64,000 bases of DNA from Dehalococcoidia bacterium (GTDB lineage: Bacteria > Chloroflexota > Dehalococcoidia > UBA2979): the NCBI GenBank assembly GCA_965219085.1, contig OZ244720.1, positions 2,944,001 through 3,008,000 on the forward strand, in the 5' to 3' direction. The position numbers were made by a program, and so were the translations under genes. Numbering within the stretch: position 1 is the stretch's first letter; each line of letters begins with the position of its first letter. The notes beneath the pieces were generated by a model. The model did no database searches, was not told the origin of the DNA, and saw nothing but the letters and a program-made list of their open reading frames with translations. Below are positions 39,400 through 48,318 of this stretch, piece by piece.

Positions 39400-40202
39400 G
39401 CGTGCGGGCCTCAGCGGGGCGCGCCGCGCTGGCGGCGGCAGCCGCCGTGCTGCTGCTGTTCCTCGCGCTACCGCTCGTGGGCATCGCGTGGCGCGCGGTC
39501 ACCGACGGCGACGTTGCGACGGAGCTGGGATCGGGCGCGACGTGGGAGGCGCTGCGGCTGTCGGTCGCGACCTCGACGCTTACGCTGGCGCTGGCGGTGC
39601 TGCTCGGCACGCCGCTCGCGTACCTGCTGGCGCGCAGCCGCTCGCCGGCGGCGCGAGTCGTGACCTCGCTCCTCGACCTGCCGCTGGTGTTGCCGCCGAC
39701 GGTGGCGGGCATCGCGCTGCTCACGGCGTTCGGGCGAGCGGGCTACCTCGGTGACGCGCTCGAAGGGATCGGGCTGACGGTGTCGTTCACCACGGCCGCG
39801 GTGGTGCTGGCGCAGCTCTTCGTCTCGGCGCCGTTCTTCGTGCGCGCGGCGTACGCGGGGTTCGCGAGCATGGACCCGCACCTCGAGGGCGTCGCGTACA
39901 CGCTTGGCCTGTCGCGCTGGCGCACGTTCCGCAGCGTGACGCTGCCGCTGGTGTGGCCGGCGCTGGCGGGCGGCGCGGTGCTGTGCTGGGCGCGCGCGCT
40001 CGGCGAACTGGGCGCGACGTTGCTGTTCGCGGGGTCGCTGCCCGGCAAGACACAGACGATGCCCCTCGCGATCCTCGCCGCGTTCGAGTCGGAGGCCGGG
40101 CTGGCCGGCGCGGTCTCGCTGTCGGTCGTGCTGCTGGGGTTCGCGTCGGTGCTGCTGGTCGCGCTCCACCGGCTGACCGCGACAGCGGGGCCCTACCGAT
40201 GA
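39396..40202 (+). CDS. modB: Molybdate ABC transporter permease
   Basis: LPLVLPPTVAGIALL, QLFVSAPF, WARALGELGATLLFAGSLPGKTQTMPLAI. Confidence 0.93.
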   Translation: MSVRASAGRAALAAAAAVLLLFLALPLVGIAWRAVTDGDVATELGSGATWEALRLSVATSTLTLALAVLLGTPLAYLLARSRSPAARVVTSLLDLPLVLPPTVAGIALLTAFGRAGYLGDALEGIGLTVSFTTAAVVLAQLFVSAPFFVRAAYAGFASMDPHLEGVAYTLGLSRWRTFRSVTLPLVWPALAGGAVLCWARALGELGATLLFAGSLPGKTQTMPLAILAAFESEAGLAGAVSLSVVLLGFASVLLVALHRLTATAGPYR

Positions 40203-41257
40203 CGCTGACGGCCGCGTTCAGCGCCCTCGTGGGCGATTTCCGCCTCGATGTCGACTTCGAGGCGGCGAACGAGCTCGTCGTGCTCTACGGGCGCTCGGGC
40301 TCGGGGAAGAGCCTGACGTTGCGCGCCATCGCGGGGCTGGTGCAGCCGGACGCCGGCCGCATCGATATCGGCGGGCGCGCGGTGTTCGATGCTGACGAGG
40401 GCGTCGAGCTCCCACCTCAGCAGCGCCGCGTCGGCTACGTGATTCAGGAGCTCGGGCTGTTCCCGCACCTGAGCGCGCGCGACAACGTGCTGATCGGCCT
40501 CGAGCGCGACGCGGAGGCGCCGGCGCGCTATGAAGCGCTACGCGCGCTGCTCTCGATCGAGGGGCTCGACGACCGGCGGCCGCACCAGCTCTCGGGCGGG
40601 CAGCAGCAGCGCGTGGCGCTGGCGCGCGCGCTCGTGCGGCGCTCGGAGGTGCTGCTGCTCGACGAGCCGTTCTCGGCGCTCGATGAGGCGCTGCGGTCCG
40701 ACCTGCGCGCCGAGCTGCTGCGGCTGCGGCGAGAGCTCGAGCTGCCGATCGTGTTCGTCACGCACGACCTGCGCGAGGCGCACCTGCTCGCCGACCGCAT
40801 CGTGGTCATTGACGGCGGGAGGGTGTTGCAGTTCGCGCCGCGCGACGAGGTGTTCCAGCACCCGTCGTCGCGGCGGGTGGCGGAACTGACGGGCATCGCG
40901 AACATCTTCACCGGCGAGGTGCGCGACGGCCGCGTCGAGGTCGCCGGGCTGCCGCTGCGCGCCGACGACGGCCGGGACAGCGAGGGTGGGACTGTCGACC
41001 TCGCGATCCGGGCGGAACGCTGCATCCTGCGCCGCGTCGACCCCGACGGCGCGCTGCCGGAGAACTGCTTCGTCGCGCGCGTCACCACCGACCTCGCGTT
41101 CGGCAACACCCACACGCTGCACCTCGAACCGGAGGGCGCCGGCCCACCGATCGAGGTGGAGGTGGCGTCGCGGCCGTACGAGGTGCTGGGGATCGCGCAC
41201 GAGCCGCGGTGGGTGGTGGAGTTGCCGGCGGCGGATCTGCACGTGATGCCTCGGTAG
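40199..41257 (+). CDS. modC: Molybdate ABC transporter ATP-binding protein
   Basis: GRSGSGKS, LSGGQQQRVALARAL, LLLDEPF, VTHD, TOBE-like tail. Confidence 0.9.
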   Translation: MTLTAAFSALVGDFRLDVDFEAANELVVLYGRSGSGKSLTLRAIAGLVQPDAGRIDIGGRAVFDADEGVELPPQQRRVGYVIQELGLFPHLSARDNVLIGLERDAEAPARYEALRALLSIEGLDDRRPHQLSGGQQQRVALARALVRRSEVLLLDEPFSALDEALRSDLRAELLRLRRELELPIVFVTHDLREAHLLADRIVVIDGGRVLQFAPRDEVFQHPSSRRVAELTGIANIFTGEVRDGRVEVAGLPLRADDGRDSEGGTVDLAIRAERCILRRVDPDGALPENCFVARVTTDLAFGNTHTLHLEPEGAGPPIEVEVASRPYEVLGIAHEPRWVVELPAADLHVMPR

Positions 41258-41300
41258 CGACGTGCGAGGCAACGACGGACGGCCCGAGTAGTACGATCGA

Positions 41301-41690
41301 TGCGGGTCAGGGGGCTGGACGGCCGCCGGCGGGTGAGCCCTCGGGCTGCTCGCGGGAGGAAAGTCCGAACTCCACCGGACAGGGTGCCGGCTAACGGCCG
41401 GGCGGCGCGAGCCGACGGAAAGTGCCACAGAAACAAACCGCCACCGCGGGGCCTTCGGGCGACGCGGGGGTAAGGGTGAAATGGTGCGGTAAGAGCGCAC
41501 CGGCGTCCCGGAGACGGGGCGGCCGGGCAAACCCCACCCGGAGCAAGGCCAAATAGGGGAGCGGTTGGGGCGTCCGGCTCCGCTCCCGGGTAGGCCGCTG
41601 GAGGCGGCGGGCAACCGCCGCCCTAGATGGATGGCCGTCACCGCCCCGAGGGGCGGTACAGAATTCGGCTTACAGGCCCCCTGACCCGCA
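41301..41690 (+). ncRNA. rnpB: RNase P RNA (bacterial type A)
   Basis: GAGGAAAGTCC, GGAAAGTGCCACAGAAA, GGTAAGAG, GGCAAACCCC..GAGCAAG, ACAGAATTCGGCTTA; P1 helix tgcgggtcagggggc / gccccctgacccgca; -10 TACGAT at 41292. Confidence 0.97.
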
Positions 41691-41718
41691 AGGCGTGTGG
41701 TACACTCCCCCCAGTGGA

Positions 41719-41732
41719 TGGTACAGGTACCA
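41719..41732. promoter_or_regulatory. Palindromic operator candidate for the downstream TA-like pair
   Basis: TGGTAC-AG-GTACCA just after -10-like TACACT (41701-41706). Confidence 0.45.
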
Positions 41733-41753
41733 GTGGCCGGTGGGAGCATACGT

Positions 41754-42254
41754 ATGTCTGAGGTTGAGGTCTTCTACAACGCCGGCCAACTCCGTGAGGA
41801 CGACCCGGCGAATGCCGGGATCGAGGCCCTGCCGCGGCTGACCCGCCGGCTCGCCGAAGCGGCCGCTACCTATAGCGTGGTCGACGCGGGCGAGTTGACG
41901 CAGCAGGACCGCGAGGAGGCGTACCTCAGCCGCGCTGTGCGGCCGTCGGTGAGCAATCGTTACCGGGTGCGGCGTGTTTTTGGCACGAACAAGTACCCGG
42001 GGCAGTACTTCGGAGCCGAGGTCCCGGCGCTCGTGGTGCTGGACGACGGGCGCCCCGTGGACGTGTACCCGCATGAGGAACAGGACGGCACGATCGTGAC
42101 CATTAGCGACTACCTGGACAGCCTCGGTGGCTCCGCCCGCGGCGGCGGCGAGGAACTCGTGCGCCGCATGGACGGGCTGAGTGCTCGCATCGGACGCTAC
42201 GGACGTCTGGATGTGACCACCAGCGAACTGGTCGAGGACGGGCGTCGCCGCTGA
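41754..42254 (+). CDS. Hypothetical protein, putative non-canonical antitoxin
   Basis: GGGAG RBS; directly upstream of a PIN toxin; C-terminus DVTTSELVEDGRRR resembles VapB/FitA tails. Confidence 0.55.
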   Translation: MSEVEVFYNAGQLREDDPANAGIEALPRLTRRLAEAAATYSVVDAGELTQQDREEAYLSRAVRPSVSNRYRVRRVFGTNKYPGQYFGAEVPALVVLDDGRPVDVYPHEEQDGTIVTISDYLDSLGGSARGGGEELVRRMDGLSARIGRYGRLDVTTSELVEDGRRR

Positions 42255-42303
42255 TGACAGGTGGACGCCTGGCCGCGCACCCGGCAAGACTCGGCGAACC
42301 GGC

Positions 42304-42753
42304 GTGACCGCTCGTCGCGGCGTCCGGCGCTACGTGGTGGACGCGTCGGTTGCGGTGAAGTGGCTCTTCGACGACGAAGACCATGTACCGCAGGCGCGCG
42401 CGCTGCGTGACGCCTGCCTGATCGACGGCGCCGTCGAGCTGCACGCGCCGGTGCTGTTCGTCTACGAGGTGGCGAATGCGATCCGCTCCGGCGCGTGGCG
42501 GCTGCGCCTGCCGGCGGACATCGCCGAAGAGGCGCTTGCCACCCTCCTCGAAGCACCGATCGAATTGCACGCCCCCGATCCGCTCACTGCGCTCGGAATC
42601 GGCATGAGCATGACGATCAGCGCCTACGACGCTTCTTACGTGGCACTGGCTGACGAACTCGGCGTCGAGTGCTGGTCGGCCGACGAGCGGCTCGTGCGCG
42701 CTTCGGAACGGAGCGCGCCGTTCGTGCGGTCGATCAGCGAGTACGAGCGATAG
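42304..42753 (+). CDS. vapC: PIN-domain VapC toxin
   Basis: VVDASVAVKW, YEVANA, ISAYDASYVALA, WSADERL. Confidence 0.9.
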   Translation: MTARRGVRRYVVDASVAVKWLFDDEDHVPQARALRDACLIDGAVELHAPVLFVYEVANAIRSGAWRLRLPADIAEEALATLLEAPIELHAPDPLTALGIGMSMTISAYDASYVALADELGVECWSADERLVRASERSAPFVRSISEYER

Positions 42754-42768
42754 CTGCGGCCGGAGGCG

Positions 42769-43185
42769 TCAGCGCTCCATCGTCACCTGGCCGCGCTCGA
42801 TCACGCGGTCGAGGTCGATGACGACGGCGATGCCCTGGCGGCCGGGGTCACGGTCGCGTTCGCGCTTGTCCGAGTTGTCGTAGATCGTGTCGCGCGCCTC
42901 CTGGTCGTCGACGACACGGGCGCGACCGTGGAACTGCCACATCTGCGAGAAGTCGGGGTTGCGATAGAGGAACGCGACATGCGGGTTGGCGGCGATGCGC
43001 TGCAGGAAGCCGCCCTCGCGGTTGCGCACCCATACGGCGAGCTGGTCGTCGCTGTAGACCTGCGTGCTGCCGAAGAACGCGAGGCTTGGCTGACCGTCGG
43101 CGCCGACGCTGGTGGAGATGACGGGGTGGCCGTCGTCGAGTGCGTTGTTGACGGCGGTGCGCATCTCCTCGGTGAGTTCGATCAT
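42769..43185 (-). CDS. Pyridoxamine 5'-phosphate oxidase-like split-barrel protein
   Basis: STSVGADGQP, IAANPHVAF, QFHGRARVV; GAGGTG RBS. Confidence 0.8.
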   Translation of the reverse strand: MIELTEEMRTAVNNALDDGHPVISTSVGADGQPSLAFFGSTQVYSDDQLAVWVRNREGGFLQRIAANPHVAFLYRNPDFSQMWQFHGRARVVDDQEARDTIYDNSDKRERDRDPGRQGIAVVIDLDRVIERGQVTMER

Positions 43186-43293
43186 CGCAGCACCTCGTTT
43201 CGGCGGGCTGTCCGTAGGACTGGGCGGGGCGGTAGGCGGACGGCGCGGTAGTCTACCGCAGACCGGGCACACGCACCTGCGGAGGGGGCCTCG

Positions 43294-44817
43294 ATGAGCG
43301 CACGCGGAGACTGGCGCGACGGATTGCCCGGCGGCGCCGGCCGCGCCTCGCTGCCCGCAATCGCGCGTGTGCAGCACGACTCGCGATTGGTCGGGCCCGG
43401 CGATCTCTTCGTGTGCGTCCCCGGCCTCCGCGTCGACGGGCACGACTTCGCCGCGGCCGCGGTGGCGGCTGGGGCGGCCGCGCTCGTCGCCGAGCCCGGC
43501 CGCGGCGAGACGCTGCGCGCGCTCGGCGTCCCGGTGGTCGAGGCGCCCTCGGCGCGGCAGGCGCTGTCGGCGATCGCGGCGGCGCACGAGGGCTACCCGT
43601 CGGAGCGGCTCACGGTCGTCGGCGTGACGGGCACGAACGGCAAGACGACGACGACGCTGCTCATCCAGGCCGCCCTGGAGGCGTACGGCGAGTCGGCGGG
43701 GCTGATCAGCACCGTCGAGACGCGCGTCGGCGACACGGCCACAGCCAACGCGACGCGCATGAGCACGCCCGAGGCGCCCGAGGTGCAGCGCCTGCTCGGC
43801 GACATGGTCGATGCCGGGAACGAGTACGCCGTGGTCGAGGCGACCTCGCACGGCCTCGCGCTCGACCGGCTTGCGGACATCGCATTCGACGTGGCCGTGC
43901 TCACGAACCTCGGCGAGGATCACCTCGACTTCCACGGCACCGTCGAGGCGTACGCCGAGGCGAAGCTGCGGCTGTTCGCCCAGCTCGACGCGCCGACGTC
44001 GAAGAGCGTCGAGCGCCGGGCCGTGTTGAACGCCGACGACCCGGCGTGGCGTCGCTTCGCCGCGGCGACGCAGGCGCCAGCGCTGACGTACGGCATCGAC
44101 GCCACCGACGCCGATGTCGTCGCCGGCCGTATCGACAACGTCGGCGACGGGTCGACGTTCGAGTTGCAGACGCCCGACTCCGCATTGCACGCGCAGGTGC
44201 GGCTGCCGGGGCGGTTCAACGTCTCGAACGCTGCCGCCGCGTTCGCGGCGTCGATCGCGTTGGGCATCGACCCGTGGCTGGCGAGCGTCGGCATCGCGCA
44301 ATGTCCGGGCGTGCCGGGGCGCTTCGAGCGAATCATGACCGCGCCGATCGGCGTCGTGGTGGACTACGCGCACACCGGCGACGCGCTGGCGGGCGCGCTG
44401 AGCCTGCTGCGAGGCCTCACCGATGGACGGCTGATCGTGGTCTTCGGCGCGGCCGGCGAGCGCCCCTCGGAGCGCCGGCGCGGGATGGGCGCGGTCGCGG
44501 CGCGGCAGGCGGACTACGCCGTGCTGACGGAGGAGGACCCGCGCTCGGAGTCGCCAGACGCGATCATCGACGAGATCGCGCGTGCGATGATCGCCTCGGG
44601 CGCCGAGGAGGGCAGCCGCTTCGAGCGTGTCCCCGATCGCCGCGAGGCGATCGCGAAGGCGATCGGGATGGCGGGGTTCGGGGACGTCGTGCTCCTCGCC
44701 GGCAAGGGCCACGAGCCGACGATCGAGCGGGCGGACGGCCCGCACCCGTGGGACGATCGCCGGGCCGCGCGCGAGGTGCTCATGGAGCGCTTCAGCGACC
44801 CCGACGAGTGGGAGTAG
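43294..44817 (+). CDS. murE: MurE (UDP-MurNAc-dipeptide--diamino acid ligase)
   Basis: HDSR..PGDLF..G..DGHDF, GVTGTNGKTTT, TPE, EATSHGL, TNL..DHLDFH, PGRFE, DYAHT, EDPR, AGKGHE. Confidence 0.93.
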   Translation: MSARGDWRDGLPGGAGRASLPAIARVQHDSRLVGPGDLFVCVPGLRVDGHDFAAAAVAAGAAALVAEPGRGETLRALGVPVVEAPSARQALSAIAAAHEGYPSERLTVVGVTGTNGKTTTTLLIQAALEAYGESAGLISTVETRVGDTATANATRMSTPEAPEVQRLLGDMVDAGNEYAVVEATSHGLALDRLADIAFDVAVLTNLGEDHLDFHGTVEAYAEAKLRLFAQLDAPTSKSVERRAVLNADDPAWRRFAAATQAPALTYGIDATDADVVAGRIDNVGDGSTFELQTPDSALHAQVRLPGRFNVSNAAAAFAASIALGIDPWLASVGIAQCPGVPGRFERIMTAPIGVVVDYAHTGDALAGALSLLRGLTDGRLIVVFGAAGERPSERRRGMGAVAARQADYAVLTEEDPRSESPDAIIDEIARAMIASGAEEGSRFERVPDRREAIAKAIGMAGFGDVVLLAGKGHEPTIERADGPHPWDDRRAAREVLMERFSDPDEWE

Positions 44818-44845
44818 GTTCCGGCACGACCGGAAGGAGCGGGCG

Positions 44846-46216
44846 ATGACCACCGACGAACAGGCGATGCTCGACGAGGCGGCGATCGCGGGCCTGGTCC
44901 GCGACGACCTTGCGCACCTGATCCACCCGCAGTACTACGCACCCGACCACCAGCACCCGGTCATCTACGACCACGGCGAAGGCGTGTGGCTCACCGACGT
45001 GCGCGGGCGGCGCTACATCGACGGCCTGTCGTCGCTGTGGAACGTCGCCGTGGGGCACGGCCGCGAGGAGCTCGCGGAGGCGGCGGCGGGGCAGATCCGC
45101 AAGGCGGCGTTCGTCAACAACTACACCGGCTTCTCGAACGTACCGGCGATCCAGTTGGCCACGAAGCTCACTTCGGGCATCGCGTACGACAACCTCGAGG
45201 GCGTGTTCTTCACGAACTCGGGGTCCGAGTCGAACGAGGGGGCCGTGAAGACGGCCCGCTTCTACTGGAACCTCGTCGGGCGGCCGGAGAAGGTGAAGAT
45301 CATCGCCCGGCCGCGCGCGTACCACGGCGGCACGTTGCTGACGACGGCGATGACCGGGCTGCCGCCCTTCTGGAAGTACTTCGGCCCGCTGCCCCCCGAG
45401 GTCGTCCACACCGGGGCGCCCGAGGTGGAGTGCGACTGCGTCAAGAACGCCGACGGCGAGTGTGCGTGCTGGCTCGAGACGGCGATCGAGCGAGAGGGCG
45501 CTGAGACCGTCGCGGCGTTCATCGCCGAGCCCGTGAAGGGCGCGGGCGGAGTGTGGACGCCGGCCGACGAGTACTTCCCGAAGGTGCGCGAGATCTGCGA
45601 CCGCAACGACATCCTGTTCATCGCCGACGAGGTGATCACGGGCTACGGTCGCACCGGCCACTGGTTCGCCCTCGAACGCTGGGGGGTGGAGCCGGACATC
45701 TTGACGATGGCGAAGGCGATCACCTCGGGCTACATCCCGCTGGGCGGGTTCCTCGTGAGCGGCGCGATCATGGAGGCGCTGCGGGAGACGCCGCCCGACG
45801 CGCGGTTCATGCACGCCTACACCAACAGCGCGCACCCGACCGCCGCAGCGGTGGCTCTGCGCAACCTGCAGATCATCGAGGACGAGGACCTGGTCGCGAA
45901 CGCCGCCGCGATGGGCGAGCGGCTGGGCCGCGGCCTCCGCGACGCGCTGGGCGAGCACCCCCACGTCGCGAACATCCGCAGCCTCGGGCTCATCGCCGGC
46001 ATGTCGCTCGTGCGCGACGCCTCGACGGGCGAGCGTTACGAGCCCGGCGAGGGCATCGGCGGGCTCGTGGCGCGGCACCTGCGCGAGGAGGGCGGCGTGG
46101 TGACGCGCTTCGTCGTCGACGAGATCGTGCTGGCGCCGCCGCTGGTGGTGTCGGAGGGCGAGGTCGACCAGATCGTCGCCTCGCTGGCCGATGCTATCGA
46201 CGCGGTGACGGCGTAG
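44846..46216 (+). CDS. Class III PLP aminotransferase (omega-amino acid/diamine type)
   Basis: YIDGLSSLWNVAVGHG, SGSESNE, AYHG, FIAEP, IADEVITGYGRTG, AKAITSGY.PLG. Confidence 0.92.
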   Translation: MTTDEQAMLDEAAIAGLVRDDLAHLIHPQYYAPDHQHPVIYDHGEGVWLTDVRGRRYIDGLSSLWNVAVGHGREELAEAAAGQIRKAAFVNNYTGFSNVPAIQLATKLTSGIAYDNLEGVFFTNSGSESNEGAVKTARFYWNLVGRPEKVKIIARPRAYHGGTLLTTAMTGLPPFWKYFGPLPPEVVHTGAPEVECDCVKNADGECACWLETAIEREGAETVAAFIAEPVKGAGGVWTPADEYFPKVREICDRNDILFIADEVITGYGRTGHWFALERWGVEPDILTMAKAITSGYIPLGGFLVSGAIMEALRETPPDARFMHAYTNSAHPTAAAVALRNLQIIEDEDLVANAAAMGERLGRGLRDALGEHPHVANIRSLGLIAGMSLVRDASTGERYEPGEGIGGLVARHLREEGGVVTRFVVDEIVLAPPLVVSEGEVDQIVASLADAIDAVTA

Positions 46217-46228
46217 GCCGCTCGCGGG

Positions 46229-46615
46229 TTAGCGAGTGGGAGGCATGGTCTGCACAGCGTATTGAGGGATGGTGCTGTCACTCGTCACAATCGTCAGGCC
46301 CTCAGCCTGAGCCTGCGCGATGAGCATCCGGTCGAAAGGGTCGCGGTGGATGGGCGGGAGCGCTGCGGCCTGCTCGCCGTGAAAAAGAGTGACCGGCAGG
46401 CCCGTGAAGCCATCGCGTTCAATCCTTCCGGACAGGTCTTCTGGAGCTCGGAGCTTGCCTAACGCCCGCTTGATGGCGATCTCCCAGACGGTGGCTGCGC
46501 TGACATAGCAGTCGTTGTTCGGGTCGGTGATGGCATCGCGTGAGACCGGGCCCAGGCTCGGATTGTTGCTGAGTGCCCATACCAGCACCTGGGAGTCGAG
46601 GAGCAGGCGCAGCAC
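46229..46615 (-). CDS. vapC: PIN-domain VapC toxin
   Basis: LLLDSQVLVW, SAATVWEIAIK, HRDPFDRMLIAQA, VTSD. Confidence 0.92.
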   Translation of the reverse strand: MLRLLLDSQVLVWALSNNPSLGPVSRDAITDPNNDCYVSAATVWEIAIKRALGKLRAPEDLSGRIERDGFTGLPVTLFHGEQAAALPPIHRDPFDRMLIAQAQAEGLTIVTSDSTIPQYAVQTMPPTR

Positions 46616-46857
46616 TATGCTTCGTCGTCGTAGGCGCCCTCGAACGCTTCGATGATCTCCAGAGGAGTCTCATCGAAGTCCGGGGCGATCCATATCTGTC
46701 CCTCAAGCGAGCCCAACTTGCGTCGGCGCCGCTCACGGTATGGCTGCAGCAGGAGGTAGGGCTTGCCCGCTTTGGCGATGACAACCTCCTCTCCCTGCCA
46801 AGCCAACTCGCCCAGTCGTGAGAGCTGTGACTTTGCTTCGTGCATGTTGAACTGCAT
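46615..46857 (-). CDS. Phd/YefM antitoxin
   Basis: NMHEAKSQLSRL...GEEVVIAKAGKP; coupled to VapC; upstream IR AGCTA-ggtt-TAGCT at 46871-46884. Confidence 0.92.
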   Translation of the reverse strand: MQFNMHEAKSQLSRLGELAWQGEEVVIAKAGKPYLLLQPYRERRRRKLGSLEGQIWIAPDFDETPLEIIEAFEGAYDDEA

Positions 46858-46942
46858 GTTGAGGCTCGTTAGCTAGGTTTAGCTTAGCCCATGGTGCGCT
46901 ACGCACAGATCTTCGTCAATCAGCGGCGTTCTCCCCTGCCGA

Positions 46943-46972
46943 TTGACGCTAGCGGCCCTCCCGCCATATCGT
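46943..46972 (+). promoter_or_regulatory. Sigma70-type promoter for a small transcript
   Basis: TTGACG (46943-46948), 18-bp spacer, TATCGT (46967-46972). Confidence 0.5.
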
Positions 46973-46979
46973 CGCGCCC

Positions 46980-47125
46980 AAGGAAGGAGGTGATGCCTCA
47001 TGGATGATGATCGTAGTCACGGCCCGGAGGGCCAATCGCATGACATCTCTAAGGAGGTGTCGGCGGGCTAATTCCGGGCCCGTGTGACTTCTGGAGCGCC
47101 CCGGCCTGGCCGGGGCGCTCTCTTT
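46980..47125 (+). ncRNA. Candidate structured small RNA / small-ORF transcript (ORF 47000-47071, MDDDRSHGPEGQSHDISKEVSAG)
   Basis: AAGGAGGTGAT extended SD, long hairpin 47015-47089, own promoter and terminator. Confidence 0.5.
47094..47125 (+). terminator. Intrinsic terminator
   Basis: gagcgccccggcc / ggccggggcgctc inverted repeat followed by tcttt. Confidence 0.65.
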
Positions 47126-47189
47126 CCCCCGGCACCCTCCCCCTACACTGGTTCAGACACCCGATTCCCCACACGGCGAGGAGCGCCCA

Positions 47190-47975
47190 GTGCCCTTCGA
47201 CGAATCGCGCTACGAGGAGCTGCACCACGGCGGCATGATCGGCTCGCTGGTGCACTATCGCGAACGCACCGCCTCGACCATGGACGACGCGCGCGCGGGC
47301 GCCATGGCGCGCCGCGGAGAGGGCTGCGGCGACGCCTACCTCGCCGACGAGCAGACCGCGGGACGCGGCCGGTTCCGACGGCCATGGGTCGACGCGCCCG
47401 GCGCGTCCCTGCTCGTGACGTTCCACCTCTGCGTGCTCGACATGGTGTACGCCCCGCTGGTCGGGTTCGCGGGCGCGCTCGCGGCCGCGGAGGCCGTGAC
47501 GGAGGCGAGCGGCGTCGAGACCGGGTTGAAGTGGCCGAACGATGTGCTGGCGGGGGGCCGCAAGCTCGCCGGGATCCTTGCCGAGGCGCAGCCGGGTGGC
47601 GTCGAGGCCGACGTGTTCCTCGGCATCGGCATCAACATCGGCGAAGCCGCGATCGCCGGCCTGTCCGAGGCGGAGCGCGCCGTCGCGACGACCATCGAGG
47701 GCGAAGGGGCGACAGCCCCAAGCGTTGAGGAGTTGCTGGCGGCGCTGTCCGAGGCGCTCGAGCGTCGTCTCGCGGAGGTCGACGCGGAGCCGGAGCGGCT
47801 GCTCGCCGACTGGCGGGCGCGCCTCGGCATGCTCGGCTCCCGCGTGCGGCTCTCGACGACGGACGGCGAGATCGAGGGCGTGGCGACGGATGTGACGGCC
47901 GAGGGGCAACTCGTGCTCCGCCTGGACGCTGGCGACACGTTCAGCTTCGCTGCGGGCGACGTCACGGTGCTGTGA
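47190..47975 (+). CDS. birA: Biotin--[acetyl-CoA carboxylase] ligase (no HTH)
   Basis: STMD, QTAGRGR, KWPNDV, KLAGILAE, GIGIN, AGDV; GAGGAG RBS. Confidence 0.93.
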   Translation: MPFDESRYEELHHGGMIGSLVHYRERTASTMDDARAGAMARRGEGCGDAYLADEQTAGRGRFRRPWVDAPGASLLVTFHLCVLDMVYAPLVGFAGALAAAEAVTEASGVETGLKWPNDVLAGGRKLAGILAEAQPGGVEADVFLGIGINIGEAAIAGLSEAERAVATTIEGEGATAPSVEELLAALSEALERRLAEVDAEPERLLADWRARLGMLGSRVRLSTTDGEIEGVATDVTAEGQLVLRLDAGDTFSFAAGDVTVL

Positions 47976-47995
47976 GTGTCGCGGGAAATTCTCGC

Positions 47996-48253
47996 GTGAC
48001 CGATCAGGAGATCCTCGCGAAGGCCGAGAGCATCGCCCGGCGAGCGTACACGTTCACGCTGACGCCGAATGAGGGCGGGGTGTGGACTTCGGGGGTGCTC
48101 GAGATTCCGGGAGTCGTGTCGGAAGGCGACGATCCAGCGGAGGCAATAACGATGGCGCGCGACGCGCTGCTTGAGTTGGCGATTGTGCGCCTCGAGGATG
48201 GGATCGAGATTCCCCCGCCGTCGGAACCTCGTGACAGCCGAGTTGATGGCTGA
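47996..48253 (+). CDS. HicB-like (UPF0150) protein
   Basis: YTFTL...GGVW....EIPGVVSEGD..AEAI.MARDAL...LEDG.EIPPP. Confidence 0.8.
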   Translation: MTDQEILAKAESIARRAYTFTLTPNEGGVWTSGVLEIPGVVSEGDDPAEAITMARDALLELAIVRLEDGIEIPPPSEPRDSRVDG

Positions 48254-48318
48254 GCGTGCTCAGGCGTCAGCGACGCGGTCGGAGGCGTAGAGGGCCGAAC
48301 GTGCGCGGCGCGCGCGGG

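Noticed and set aside
46229-46857. Phd-VapC module as a novel system
   Set aside because: Canonical type II toxin-antitoxin pair
46984-46994. AAGGAGGTGAT as a 16S rRNA remnant on the minus strand
   Set aside because: Flanking sequence does not continue as 16S; better explained as an extended SD
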